Notes: generated by a model from the letters alone, not told the origin. DNA of 64,000 bases from Clostridiales bacterium (GCA_020063565.1 JAICDB010000008.1:39914-103913), one strand, 5' to 3'. Positions 44,894 to 55,523 are shown, numbered from the stretch's first letter. Program-made: numbers and translations.

Positions 44894-44921
44894 TAAACTA
44901 TGATGATGAATGGCCATTAGT
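44894..44921 (-). promoter_or_regulatory. sigmaK-type promoter candidate (AC-N17-CATAGTTTA)
   Basis: The reverse complement reads ttgtcACtaatggccattcatcatCATAGTTTA. The -10 element lies 46 nt upstream of the ATG at 44847. Confidence 0.45.
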
Positions 44922-45021
44922 GACAATTTTTCCATAAAAAACCACAAAAAGATTTTTTAACCAAACTACGCAATATGAATAGGATAAATAATAAATCGCT
45001 TAAAAGGGTGAGGGAAATGGT

Positions 45022-46464
45022 ATGAAAACAATAGCATTAGTACTGGCAGGGGGGAAGGGTAACAGGTTCTGGCCCAAAAGTTCTCCTCAATTACCTAAAC
45101 AGTTTTTAGCATTAGAAGATTCAAAAACACTCTTGCAAAAAACAGTTGAGAGGTTGCTGAAACTGGTCGGATTAGATGATATTTATATTGTGGCGCCCGA
45201 ACAGTATCAAGAATTAATTCGTATGCAGCTACCTGAGTTAAACAACAGAAACATTATAATCGAACCTCAAGCCAGGGATACTGCTGTGGCGATTGGTTAT
45301 GCGTCTTTGGTAATCAGCGAAAGGCTTAAATGTGACCCCGTTATGGTAGTGGTTCCTTCAGATCATCTTGTCAAAGATGAGGAGAGGTGGGTTAGTACCT
45401 TGAAACAAGCCGCACAATTTGCAGAACTGGCAGAGGTTGTTACTGTTGGTATTTCACCCACCAGATTAGAGACAGGATACGGCTATATTATTTTGGGTCA
45501 AAGTATACCGGGGCAATCCATACCCGGCTACTTTGTCAAAAAATTTATAGAAAAGCCTGAAAAAAGCGTAGTTAAATCTTTAATAGAAGCAGGCAATTGT
45601 CTGTGGAATTCAGGAATGTTTATTTGGAAATTAAGTACCTTCTGGGCATGCCTTGAAAAATATTTTCCCGATCTTTTTATTGTACTGGAAAAGATAAAAA
45701 ATTTATGGCAAAAAACCGGTAGTCAGGGGATAGATTCAAATATGTTAGAACTTTTTTCAATAGTTCCTGCCATATCAATTGACTTTGGAGTTGTGGAAAA
45801 ATGTCAAAAGATTATTGCCTTAAAAGGTGATTTTTATTGGGATGACATGGGGGATTGGAGAGCTTTAGAAAGAAATGGGCTCTCTCAAAAAGAAAATATC
45901 TTAAATTATGACTCTTCCGGATGTATTGTTGATTGGTCACAGGGCCCTGCGGTAGTTATTGGTGCAGATAATTTAGTGGTCTCGGGCTCTGACGAAGGGT
46001 TGTTGGTTTGTACAAAGGATAAACTTCCTCGGCTAAAAAAAATACTTAACTCCCCTGATTTTCTAGAAATTGAAAAAAAGATTGAAAAAGAAAGAAAAAA
46101 CACTGACCAGAAATCTGGAACTGTAATTGATAAACCCTGGGGAAAGGAAATTGTCTGGGCACATACAAAAAATTATGTGGCCAAAATTCTAGTAGTATTT
46201 CCTGGGGAGGCTACCAGTGTTCATTTACATCAGGAAAAAGAAGAGACCTTTTATGTCCAGTCGGGTACGGGATATATAATGCTGAAAGATGAAGTTATTC
46301 CCATTAAACCCGGTCAAGTAATTCACGTGGAGCCCCGGGTTCCCCACAGAATAATAGCTACCAGTGAGGTTAGACTGGTTGAAGTGTCTACTAATCACCT
46401 TGATGACGTAATTAGATTAATGGATAAATACGGAAGAGAAGGCAAAAGAAAGGAAGATAGGTAA
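45022..46464 (+). CDS. manC: mannose-1-phosphate guanylyltransferase with C-terminal cupin (PMI-type) domain
   Basis: N-terminus ALVLAGGKGNRFWP, C-terminal cupin KPWGKE...HLHQEKEETFYV...PHR. Confidence 0.9.
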   Translation: MKTIALVLAGGKGNRFWPKSSPQLPKQFLALEDSKTLLQKTVERLLKLVGLDDIYIVAPEQYQELIRMQLPELNNRNIIIEPQARDTAVAIGYASLVISERLKCDPVMVVVPSDHLVKDEERWVSTLKQAAQFAELAEVVTVGISPTRLETGYGYIILGQSIPGQSIPGYFVKKFIEKPEKSVVKSLIEAGNCLWNSGMFIWKLSTFWACLEKYFPDLFIVLEKIKNLWQKTGSQGIDSNMLELFSIVPAISIDFGVVEKCQKIIALKGDFYWDDMGDWRALERNGLSQKENILNYDSSGCIVDWSQGPAVVIGADNLVVSGSDEGLLVCTKDKLPRLKKILNSPDFLEIEKKIEKERKNTDQKSGTVIDKPWGKEIVWAHTKNYVAKILVVFPGEATSVHLHQEKEETFYVQSGTGYIMLKDEVIPIKPGQVIHVEPRVPHRIIATSEVRLVEVSTNHLDDVIRLMDKYGREGKRKEDR

Positions 46465-46465
46465 A

Positions 46466-47431
46466 ATGAAGATCTTGATTACTGGAATTACAGGATTTGC
46501 TGGGAGCCACCTTGCCGAGTATGCTTTAACTAAGCCGGGAGTGGAAGTGTTTGGTACTGTCAGGGTAAGAAGTAAGTTGGACAATATTGAACACCTCTTA
46601 GATAAGATTAATCTGGTTGAATGTAATTTGCTGGACCCTTTTGCAGTTCGAAAAATAATAGAAACTATTAAACCGGACAGGATTTTTCATTTGGCAGCAC
46701 AAAGCTTTGTTCCTACTTCCTGGAATGCACCCGAGGAGACATTGGAGAACAATATCCTCAGTGAACTAAATATTTTTGAAGCTGTTAGATTAAATAATAT
46801 TCCCACAAGGATTCAGATTGCATGCTCGTCTGAGGAATACGGAATGGTTTATCCTGAGGAAACACCTATTAATGAAGAGAATCCATTGCGTCCTTTAAGC
46901 CCCTACGGTGTCAGCAAGGTCGCACAGGACCTTCTGGGATATCAATATCATGCATCATATCAGCTTCATATTGTTAGAACAAGAGCTTTCAATCATACGG
47001 GACCACGCCGTGGGGAAATGTTTGTAACATCTAATTTTTGCAAGCAGGTAGCTGAAATTGAAAAAGGACTAAGAGAACCGGTAATAAAAGTAGGTAACCT
47101 TGAAGCTCAAAGGGATTTTACCGATGTCAGGGATACAGTGAGAGGGTATTGGCTGGCACTTGAATCCGGTATTCCGGGTGAAGTTTATAATATTGCTTCC
47201 GGCATAGCAATTAAAATTAAAAAGTTGTTAGATATAATTCTTTCTTTATCTAACCGGAAGATTTCAGTAGAAGTAGATGAAACAAGATTACGCCCTTCTG
47301 ATGTTCCCATTCTTCTGGGTGATTATTCAAAGTTTAATAAACAGACAGATTGGAAACCGGAAATTCCGTTTGAAAAAACAATTAGGGATTTATTAAATTA
47401 TTGGAGGGAAAAGGTTTCCTCAAGACACTAG
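46466..47431 (+). CDS. GDP-mannose 4,6-dehydratase / GDP-4-keto-6-deoxy-D-mannose reductase family SDR (Gmd/Rmd-type)
   Basis: It has ITGITGFAGSHL, SPYGVSK (YxxxK) and VGNLEAQRDFTDVRD in 321 aa, directly after manC. Confidence 0.75.
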   Translation: MKILITGITGFAGSHLAEYALTKPGVEVFGTVRVRSKLDNIEHLLDKINLVECNLLDPFAVRKIIETIKPDRIFHLAAQSFVPTSWNAPEETLENNILSELNIFEAVRLNNIPTRIQIACSSEEYGMVYPEETPINEENPLRPLSPYGVSKVAQDLLGYQYHASYQLHIVRTRAFNHTGPRRGEMFVTSNFCKQVAEIEKGLREPVIKVGNLEAQRDFTDVRDTVRGYWLALESGIPGEVYNIASGIAIKIKKLLDIILSLSNRKISVEVDETRLRPSDVPILLGDYSKFNKQTDWKPEIPFEKTIRDLLNYWREKVSSRH

Positions 47432-47454
47432 TACTAGCCAAGTTGAGGGATATT

Positions 47455-48564
47455 ATGAGGTTGCATATTAGAGGGCCTGTTTATGATATTACCGGGTATG
47501 CACATCTCACCAGAGAGACAGCTCTGGCATTTTATCGTCAGGGAGTTGAAATCTATCTCCAGCCCATAACATGGGCAGCTACCTCCCTTAACCTTCCGAA
47601 AGAAACAAATAAGATTCTGGATGAATTAAAGTTATGGAAAGGGAAATGTGACTATCTCCTGTCAATAGGTATTCCACCATTCTTTCATATGAAAGGACAA
47701 TATAAAAGGACTATAGGCCTAACAATGCTTGAAGTTGATGGGATACCCGGGAAGTGGGTTGAGATATGTAACAAAATGGATGAGATTTGGGTTCCTTCAA
47801 CTTTTAATGAAGACACCTTTATAAAAAGCGGTGTTCAGGGAGAAAAAGTGGTGGTTATGCCCCTGGGAGTGGATACCGGTACTTTTAATCCGCACGGACC
47901 CAGGGCAGTAACGGGCAAGGGTTTCACTTTTTTAACTGTTTGTGAATGGATTCCAAGAAAAGGTTACGATATTCTTGTGGACGCTTATTTGCAGGAATTT
48001 TCTGATAAAGATAATGTCTCGCTAGTTATTAAAAGCCATGGCAGAAGGAATTTTGATCCCGATGGCACAAAAATATTGCAGGAAATCAAGGGCTTTATTG
48101 GAAAGAGCAGCAAACTTAGTGTACCTTCTATAGCTTTGATTTCACGGATTTTAACTACTTCTCAAATGGCAGCTCTTTACAGAAGTGTTGATTGTTTTGT
48201 CCTTCCTACCAGGGGTGAAGGGTGGAATCTTCCGGTTCTCGAGGCTATGGCTTCGGAAATTCCAGTAATTACAACTGCCTGGTCCGGCCATATGGATTTT
48301 TTGAATGAAGAAAATAGTTATCTGATAAAGGTTAAGGAGCTGGAGCCTGTTCCGAGATTAGGTCTATCGACTGATGAAATTTATTTGGGATTCAGGTGGG
48401 CGAAACCTGATGTTCAGCACTTGCGGAAATTGCTGAGAGAAGTTTATGAAAATAGGACTGAGGCATTTAAAAAAGCAAAGAAAGCAAGGGAAAGTATAAA
48501 AAGGCTTTCCTGGGATGCTGTAGCGGAGCGTATGGTTGAAAGGCTCTCGTTGGGAGGACGATAA
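47455..48564 (+). CDS. GT4-family (GT-B) glycosyltransferase
   Basis: ORF 47401..48564, with the likely ATG at 47455. The C-terminal motif is PTRGEGWNLPVLEAMASEIPVITT. Confidence 0.8.
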   Translation: MRLHIRGPVYDITGYAHLTRETALAFYRQGVEIYLQPITWAATSLNLPKETNKILDELKLWKGKCDYLLSIGIPPFFHMKGQYKRTIGLTMLEVDGIPGKWVEICNKMDEIWVPSTFNEDTFIKSGVQGEKVVVMPLGVDTGTFNPHGPRAVTGKGFTFLTVCEWIPRKGYDILVDAYLQEFSDKDNVSLVIKSHGRRNFDPDGTKILQEIKGFIGKSSKLSVPSIALISRILTTSQMAALYRSVDCFVLPTRGEGWNLPVLEAMASEIPVITTAWSGHMDFLNEENSYLIKVKELEPVPRLGLSTDEIYLGFRWAKPDVQHLRKLLREVYENRTEAFKKAKKARESIKRLSWDAVAERMVERLSLGGR

Positions 48565-48566
48565 GT

Positions 48567-49616
48567 ATGAAAGTATGTTTCTACTACTCCTTTCGTGACC
48601 AAAAGGATTGGAATGATTCCGATTTGGAAAAAGAGGGGCTACCCGGTTCCGAAACTGCAATTGTTCATATCTCCAGAGAAATGGCAAAGAGACATCAAGT
48701 TACAGTTTATAATAAAACCTCGCGGGAAGGAATTTATCATGGCGTCAGGTACAGGAACCTGCAAAATTTTGATTATAGAAATCATTGGGATGTAATAATG
48801 GTTGTACGAGGGCAACCTCCAAAGCTGCAATATGTACCTGCCAAACTTAAATTATACTGGTCAATCGAAGAGGGAAGTTATTTAGTTAAAGACTGGAGTA
48901 AGGTGCTTCCGCATGTGAAAAAAGTTATTACCATAAGTCCCTTCCATACAGATGAACTTATAAGAAATACGGAAGTTCCCAGGGAAAAAATATTTCAGAC
49001 AAGACTTGGTGTTAATGAAAGCGAATATCAAGATACCTTCCCTAAAGTTAATAACAAACTGATATATTGTTCCGTACCCAGAAAGGGATTGGATAACCTC
49101 GCTAAAATATTTCCATTAGTTAAAAGGGAAGTTCCCGATGCCAGTCTTGTAATTACAAGTGACTATACTCTGTGGGGGAGAAAACCGCAAACTGACGAAT
49201 ATCTAAAAACTTTTTCCAAGATACCTTCTGTCTCTTTTTTAGGGAGGATAAATCGAAAAAGGCTTATTTACGAGCAGAAGACCAGCCAACTTCATGTCTA
49301 TCCTTGTGTTTTTGAAGAACTGTTTTGTCTTTCTGCTATGGAATGCCAGGCTGCAGGAACCCCGTGCGTCTGTTCGGATATTGGAGCGCTGTCTACGACA
49401 GTAAAGGATGGAGTGACAGGTAAGCTGGTGAAGATGGAAAACGGTAAGGTACCTGTTGAAGAATTTGCGCAGGAGATAATTAATCTGTTAAAAAATCCGG
49501 TTCAATTAGCGAAAATGTCGAAGGCTGCCAGGGAGAGAGCTTTGCAAAAATATACTTATCAAAAGATTGTGAGGGAATGGGAGGAGAGTTTTAAGTGTTG
49601 GCTTCAGGGGAAATAG
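48567..49616 (+). CDS. GT4-family glycosyltransferase
   Basis: It has EELFCLSAMECQAAGTPCVCSDIGALSTTVKDGVTG. Confidence 0.8.
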   Translation: MKVCFYYSFRDQKDWNDSDLEKEGLPGSETAIVHISREMAKRHQVTVYNKTSREGIYHGVRYRNLQNFDYRNHWDVIMVVRGQPPKLQYVPAKLKLYWSIEEGSYLVKDWSKVLPHVKKVITISPFHTDELIRNTEVPREKIFQTRLGVNESEYQDTFPKVNNKLIYCSVPRKGLDNLAKIFPLVKREVPDASLVITSDYTLWGRKPQTDEYLKTFSKIPSVSFLGRINRKRLIYEQKTSQLHVYPCVFEELFCLSAMECQAAGTPCVCSDIGALSTTVKDGVTGKLVKMENGKVPVEEFAQEIINLLKNPVQLAKMSKAARERALQKYTYQKIVREWEESFKCWLQGK

Positions 49617-49726
49617 TAGAAACACTTATTTCCCCAAATAGGGTGAGTGGTTACTCAATTTTTTTTTAAAAGATAACATGATATTGAGTTATTTCAAGTC
49701 AATAAATTATTAATAGGTGGTATATA

Positions 49727-51031
49727 ATGAATATTACACTTATTGGTGTTGGGTATGTGGGGTTAGTGACAGGTTTAGTTTTTAGTGAAAAAACTCATCA
49801 AGTAAATTTCATAGATATAGATACTAAGAAAATTGAGCTATTAAAGGATGCAAAGGTTCCCTTCTATGAACCTCAAATAGAAGGTTTATTAATAAAGAAT
49901 TTTGATTTGCTTACTTTTCATACTAGCTTATCCCAGGAAATAAGTAGCATTACAGATATTTATTTTGTTTGTGTAGGAACTCCACGTACTAAAGAAGGTC
50001 AATTAGATACAAAATTTGTTATGACTGCTTGTCGGGAGATAGTTATGAAAACCGAAGTTCCGGTTCCGATTGTGATAAAGAGTACTGTACCTGTTGGAAC
50101 ATGTAAAAGGGTTTGGAATTTAGTTAATGGATTGAAAGACGAAGTAAAAGAGAACTGGCCGATACTATTTAATCCCGAGTTCTTACGAGAAGGAAATGCA
50201 GTGTATGATAGTTTTTATCCAGAACGGATAGTTATAGGTACTGAGAACAAAGAGGATAAGTCTACCTATATAATTAAAGAACTTTATCGTGACTGGCAAG
50301 CGCCGCTAATTATCTGTGACCTAGAATCTGCTGAGTTAATTAAGCTTGCATCCAACGGTTTTTTGGCCACTAAGATATCTTATATTAATGAACTTGCTAA
50401 ATTATCAGAAGTAATTGGAGTGGATATTAAAAAGGTAACAGAAGGAATGGGACTTGATAGCCGTATAGGAAAAAAATTTTTACAGGCAGGAGTAGGTTAT
50501 GGAGGTTCCTGTTTCCCAAAGGATGTGGAATCATTAATTACTACTGGAAAAAACGTGGGGCAATCCTTAACTATCCTGGAGGCTGTTCAGGAAGTCAATT
50601 ATGAACAGAGAAATTGGTTTATCAATAAGATTAAAAATATATTGGATGGGGTAACAAACAAAACCATTGGAATTTTAGGACTTTCATTTAAACCTAATAC
50701 AGATGACTTAAGATATGCACCTTCATTGACCGTTATCCCCGAACTTTTAAAAAAAGGAGCCAAAATAAAGGTTTATGATCCTAAGGCAATGGGGAACATT
50801 AGAGATTACTTCACTGGAGTTATTTGCTGCTCCAATAGTTATGAAGTTGCTAAAGATAGCGATTGTATTGTTATACTTACTGAATGGGAGGAATTTAAAA
50901 ATTTGTCCTTAGAAAAATTAAAAACTTGTTTGAAAAGACCTATTATTATTGATGGAAGAAATGTTTTTGAACCAGCCAGAATGAAGGAGTATGGTTTTAT
51001 TTATGAAGGAGTAGGAAGAAGAAATGTATAG
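49727..51031 (+). CDS. ugd: UDP-glucose 6-dehydrogenase
   Basis: It has ITLIGVGYVGLV, a catalytic GGSCFPKD and 434 aa. Confidence 0.9.
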   Translation: MNITLIGVGYVGLVTGLVFSEKTHQVNFIDIDTKKIELLKDAKVPFYEPQIEGLLIKNFDLLTFHTSLSQEISSITDIYFVCVGTPRTKEGQLDTKFVMTACREIVMKTEVPVPIVIKSTVPVGTCKRVWNLVNGLKDEVKENWPILFNPEFLREGNAVYDSFYPERIVIGTENKEDKSTYIIKELYRDWQAPLIICDLESAELIKLASNGFLATKISYINELAKLSEVIGVDIKKVTEGMGLDSRIGKKFLQAGVGYGGSCFPKDVESLITTGKNVGQSLTILEAVQEVNYEQRNWFINKIKNILDGVTNKTIGILGLSFKPNTDDLRYAPSLTVIPELLKKGAKIKVYDPKAMGNIRDYFTGVICCSNSYEVAKDSDCIVILTEWEEFKNLSLEKLKTCLKRPIIIDGRNVFEPARMKEYGFIYEGVGRRNV

Positions 51032-51057
51032 AGAAGCTTTTTGTAAATAATGGACAG

Positions 51058-52194
51058 CTAGTGCTGTCCATTAAATATTTTTTCATAAACTTGTAGAGTT
51101 TTTTTACCTGTATCCTGCCAGCTAAATTGGGTAACCCGCTTTAAACCTTCGTAAATAAGACTTACCCTTAAGCTTTTATTAGTCAAAACCCTAGTTATTT
51201 CGTGTGCTACTAACTGTGGTGTTTGTGGATTAACAAGTATACCCGCATTACCTACCAATTCAGGTAAGCTTGAAGTATTCGCAGCTATAACAGGTGTGCC
51301 GCAGCTCATAGCTTCTAAAACCGGTAATCCAAAGCCTTCATATAAAGATAATAGTATGAATAAGCTAGCGTGATTGTAAAGACTAATTAAATCTTCTAAA
51401 GGAACATAATTTGTAAGTTTCAAGTTGTCAAATACACCTAAATGTTTAGCTAATTCTTTGAGCTCCTCTTCTTCCTTTTGGCTTAATCTACAGACAATGA
51501 CAAGGTCATGGGAGGCTTTTATTTCTTTATCTAAAAAACTAAAAGATTTTATTATTCCAGGTAAATTTTTATGGAAAACAGCACTTCCCGTGCAGCTTAA
51601 AATGTAATTGTTTTTAATATGATATTTATCCTTAATATATTGAGGATTTTTCTTTTTTCTTCTAAAAATGTTAGCCCCTCCACCATAAACAACATGTATT
51701 TTTTTTTCAGGAACGTTTAAAAAATTAATCACATCCTGCTTAGTTTTTTCTGAAATGGCAATAATTCCGTCTGCCTGTTTAATAAAGTTTAATCTTTCCC
51801 AATATCTTTTTTTTTGGGAAGCATTCCCTAAAAATATCTTTTCATAAACTAATGGAATTAAGTCATATACAGTAACTATTAGTTTACAGGGAATTGATTC
51901 TCTATTATAGATACTATCAAATTCAAAGGGACTGGTAACATGAAAAATATCGAGACTGTGCAAAGCAAACATTAAATTTTCAGCATCTAAGTATTCCACA
52001 TTTTCCTGGTTAAATAAAGCAGGATACCCCTGTTCTTGAAAGAAGGTAGAACCATGTTTTCTGACTACTAAATAGTATTTGTTTTGACGATCTATCTGAA
52101 AAAGATTGGTCAACTGATTTCTAACAAAATTACCAATTCCCCGATTTCGTGAACCCTCAGAATAGAGAGGTTCAAGATCTATACCAATTCGCAT
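51058..52194 (-). CDS. GT4-family glycosyltransferase
   Basis: It has SLYEGFGLPVLEAMSCGTPVIAANTSSLPELVG. Confidence 0.85.
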   Translation of the reverse strand: MRIGIDLEPLYSEGSRNRGIGNFVRNQLTNLFQIDRQNKYYLVVRKHGSTFFQEQGYPALFNQENVEYLDAENLMFALHSLDIFHVTSPFEFDSIYNRESIPCKLIVTVYDLIPLVYEKIFLGNASQKKRYWERLNFIKQADGIIAISEKTKQDVINFLNVPEKKIHVVYGGGANIFRRKKKNPQYIKDKYHIKNNYILSCTGSAVFHKNLPGIIKSFSFLDKEIKASHDLVIVCRLSQKEEEELKELAKHLGVFDNLKLTNYVPLEDLISLYNHASLFILLSLYEGFGLPVLEAMSCGTPVIAANTSSLPELVGNAGILVNPQTPQLVAHEITRVLTNKSLRVSLIYEGLKRVTQFSWQDTGKKTLQVYEKIFNGQH

Positions 52195-52341
52195 CTCTAA
52201 ATCACTCCGTTCTTAATTATTTAGCAAAAATTCAAGCGCCTTATTTTATCATATGAATTCTAAGGCTATTTGTTTAGTATCAGATAGAAAAATAAAATCA
52301 TATGATATTATGACAGAGCTATATTATGGAGGGGATATTTA

Positions 52342-53106
52342 ATGGAAAATTTATCAATAGTAATTGTGGCACAAAACGAAGAAAAATGTATCGAAAAGTG
52401 TCTTCAGAGCGTAACTTGGGCAGGGGAAATTATCTTTATTGATGCTTACAGTACAGATAACACACTTAGTATTGCTAAGAAGTATACGGACAAAGTATTT
52501 CAAAAAGAGTGGCCGGGTGATTCCTATACACAAAAGAGTTATGGCATCAGCAAAGCAACAAGGGAATGGGTGATGATTGTTGATGCGGACGAGATCATTC
52601 CCCCAGAATTAGTAAGTGAAATTAAACAGATAATATTCAATCCCGGCGACTGTGTTGGCTATTGGATTCCACGAAAAAATCACTTTTATGGTAAATGGAT
52701 TAAACATAGTGGCTGGTATCCGGATTATCAATTACGGTTATTCAAGAGAACATACGGTAGATATGGAAATAAAAAGGTGCATTCCGTTCTTGATGTTGAT
52801 GGAAAAGTAGGTTATTTAAAAAATAATATTATTCACTACTCATATGAGGGAGGTATAACTCAGTTTATTAATAAACTAAATAGATATACTACTCTGGAAG
52901 CGATAGACTTAAATAGCAAAGGCTATAAGGCTAAATTTTCTGACTTTGTTTCCAAAGCATTGGAGGAGTTTAATAAGAGATACTTTACCTATGAAGGATA
53001 TAAAGATGGAATTCCTGGCTTCATCATTTGTAGTTTATACGCTATTGATCAATTTATAGCGTATGCAAAGCTATGGGAAAGACAGAATACCGGTGATTCA
53101 CAATGA
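52342..53106 (+). CDS. GT2-family glycosyltransferase
   Basis: It has LSIVIVAQNEEKCI...IIFIDAYSTDNT...VMIVDADE. Confidence 0.85.
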   Translation: MENLSIVIVAQNEEKCIEKCLQSVTWAGEIIFIDAYSTDNTLSIAKKYTDKVFQKEWPGDSYTQKSYGISKATREWVMIVDADEIIPPELVSEIKQIIFNPGDCVGYWIPRKNHFYGKWIKHSGWYPDYQLRLFKRTYGRYGNKKVHSVLDVDGKVGYLKNNIIHYSYEGGITQFINKLNRYTTLEAIDLNSKGYKAKFSDFVSKALEEFNKRYFTYEGYKDGIPGFIICSLYAIDQFIAYAKLWERQNTGDSQ

Positions 53107-54251
53107 CAATTAACGTCTTAATGTTGGAGGCTACCGGGACAGGGGGTATCTGCCACTATACCTACAACCTGTGCCGAGAGTTAATCGAAAAACAGATTGC
53201 TGTCCACTTGGCTACTAATAGAAGAAATTATGAACTGGAAAACAGGAAAAATATTTCTTTTCCATTTTATAAAGTACTTGATAGAGAACGTTATCTAAAT
53301 CCCGAAGGACTACCCTGTGATGAACTGTATCTGGAAGTGATTCAGTTAGCTAAAAAAATTAGACCTAGCATTGTTCATTTTCAATGGCCGCTTTGTCCAA
53401 AGTTTGACCCGTATTTCCTCAATCATCTAAGAAGAGAAATAAGCTGTAAGTATGTTTACACAGCCCATAACCTCTTACCCCATAACCAAACAGAAAAAGA
53501 CTGCGAAATATTTGGTACTCTTTATCAAAATATAGATGCTATTATAGTTCATGGTAATAATTTAGTAACTAACTTTCAAAAAATTTTTAATTTCTTCCCT
53601 AAGAGACTTATATCAATTCCACTTGGAAATTATAATTTTTTAGTACCTAAAACTTTCACTGACCTAAAAGAGGCAAGAAAACTATTAGGGTTACCCACTG
53701 ATAAAATAATACTATTATTTTTTGGCTATATCAGTGATTATAAGGGCTTAGAGTATTTGCTTCAAAGTTTACCATTAGTTAAACAGAAAAGTTCTGATTT
53801 TTGTTTGGTTATTGCTGGTGCTTGTCCGGATTTTTCCAAATATGCCTTACTTATTGAAGAGTTGGGTATAAAATGTCAGATAAAAACTTTTATCGGTTAT
53901 CAACCCTTCGAAAAGGTTCCTCTATTTTTTCAGGGGGCAGATATTGTTGTGCTTCCATATAAAGAGACTTACCAAAGTGCAGTAGTACAGGTTGCCTATG
54001 CATTTGGTAAGCCTGTTATTGCTACAAATGTAGGAGCTTTGCCTGAAGTTATTGTAGAAGGAAAAAGCGGCTTCCTTGTGCCACCTTGCAATTCTCAGGC
54101 ACTGGCAGATAAAATTCTTTATCTTATTAAGGATTACAAAACATGTAGGGATATGGGGGCTTATAGCAAAAATTTAGCCCATACTCATTTCTCCTGGAAG
54201 AAAGTTTCAGAGAAAACTATACAGTTATATCAAGAACTCCTTAAAAATTGA
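53103..54251 (+). CDS. GT4-family glycosyltransferase
   Basis: It overlaps the upstream stop (ATGA-type coupling). It has YQSAVVQVAYAFGKPVIATNVGALPEVIVEGKSG. Confidence 0.85.
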   Translation: MTINVLMLEATGTGGICHYTYNLCRELIEKQIAVHLATNRRNYELENRKNISFPFYKVLDRERYLNPEGLPCDELYLEVIQLAKKIRPSIVHFQWPLCPKFDPYFLNHLRREISCKYVYTAHNLLPHNQTEKDCEIFGTLYQNIDAIIVHGNNLVTNFQKIFNFFPKRLISIPLGNYNFLVPKTFTDLKEARKLLGLPTDKIILLFFGYISDYKGLEYLLQSLPLVKQKSSDFCLVIAGACPDFSKYALLIEELGIKCQIKTFIGYQPFEKVPLFFQGADIVVLPYKETYQSAVVQVAYAFGKPVIATNVGALPEVIVEGKSGFLVPPCNSQALADKILYLIKDYKTCRDMGAYSKNLAHTHFSWKKVSEKTIQLYQELLKN

Positions 54252-54276
54252 GAAAACTGCCTTAAAGGCAGTTTTC
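54252..54276. terminator. bidirectional terminator
   Basis: 10-bp stem GAAAACTGCC / GGCAGTTTTC between convergent genes. Confidence 0.65.
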
Positions 54277-54406
54277 TTAATATATTGGTAAATACTAAAT
54301 TTTTGCCCAATACTTTTTTCATAAAATCTTTTACCCAAGGTTCAGTTAAATCTTTGGCATCTGCCAGTTTGTTATACATTTAAAAACACCCCTTTATGAT
54401 GTTTTA

Positions 54407-55521
54407 TTAGATGCGAAAATAACACTCCAGAATTTTTTTTGCTGTTTTTTTCCAATTAAATTTTCGACTGTTTTTAAATCCTCTGGATATCAGATCTTTA
54501 CAATAATTTTCATCTTCAAGTACTCTTAACATTGCATCTACAATGTTATCAGTATTTTGAGGATCACAAAGCTCAGCGCTATTTCCCAAAACTTCCGGTA
54601 AAGATGAAGTATTGGATGATACAACAGGTGTACCGCATTTTTGTGCCTCAAGGGGGGGGGGAGCCCGAACCCTTCATATAAGCTTGGATAAACAAAAAGG
54701 CTGGCCCCTTTATAAAGTAGAGGTAAATGTTGCTCAGGGACATAATCTGTAAAAATTACCATGTCATTTATTCCTAGTGCTTCAGTTCTTTTTAACACCT
54801 CTTTATAGGTAAAACACTTATTGCCTACAAGCACCAACTGATATTTTTTAGTAGTTTTTTTTAGTAGTTGAGCATACGCATTTACCAATCCGAAGATGTT
54901 TTTTCGTTGGATAAAGCCTCCTATATTTAAAATATAATCTTCATTAATTCCATAATGTGCCTTCATCTCTTTCACTTTAACCAGAGGATAATTGGGATGG
55001 TATATATCATTAATGCCTGGATAAACTATCTTGACCTTATTTTTTTCAAGGTTGGGAAAATAGTGGTAAATATCTTTTGAAGAATTTATTGAGTCGGTGA
55101 TAATTAAATTACTGTTACTAATGACTTCTGGTAATATTTTTGTTATATTTTGCAGATAATGTTCTGGTACAGTTGCTGGGAGTCGGTAAGAAATAAGGTC
55201 GTGAATAGTTACCATTAGCTTACATACTTTCGTTTCGGGGAAAAAGAGACCGTTATTTGGGTCGTGATATATGGAAATCGACTTCCTTAGTAAGAACTGT
55301 ACCAGTGATTTCCTACGCCACTCCTCTGTATTTTGTGCCTGGAGGACAACTATTGTGAAGTTGCCAGGGAGCTGCCATTTATAGGGTAGGGGCTTATCTG
55401 TTAAAATATAATAACTATTTTTATTATCAATTTTTGCTAAACTATTAAGCAAATAATAAACATATTGTCCAATCCCAGTGTGTAAATGAAAAAGCTGGCT
55501 ACCGTTAATGGCAATTTTCAA
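54407..55521 (-). pseudogene. GT4-family glycosyltransferase interrupted by a frameshift in a C10 (coding-strand) homopolymer
   Basis: ORFs 54538..55521 and 54407..54589 are the two halves. The first reads ...SLYEGFGLPPP, then goes out of frame. The expected continuation LEAQKCGTPVVSSNTSSLPEVLGNSAELCDP is in the other frame and joins the second ORF. Confidence 0.8.
54652..54661. repeat. G10/C10 homopolymer tract
   Basis: Ten consecutive G on the plus strand. A tract of 11 or 8 would restore a 371- or 370-codon GT4 ORF. Confidence 0.95.
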
Positions 55522-55523
55522 CT

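Noticed and set aside
45496-45525. GQSIPGQSIPG tandem duplication in manC
   Set aside because: It is a short, diverged in-frame 15-nt duplication in a loop region of an otherwise normal ManC. It is unlikely to be functionally notable.
54230-54379. 49-aa minus-strand ORF with an RBS downstream of the frameshifted GT4
   Set aside because: It reads through the bidirectional terminator hairpin and into the 3' end of the convergent GT4 gene, so it is probably fortuitous.
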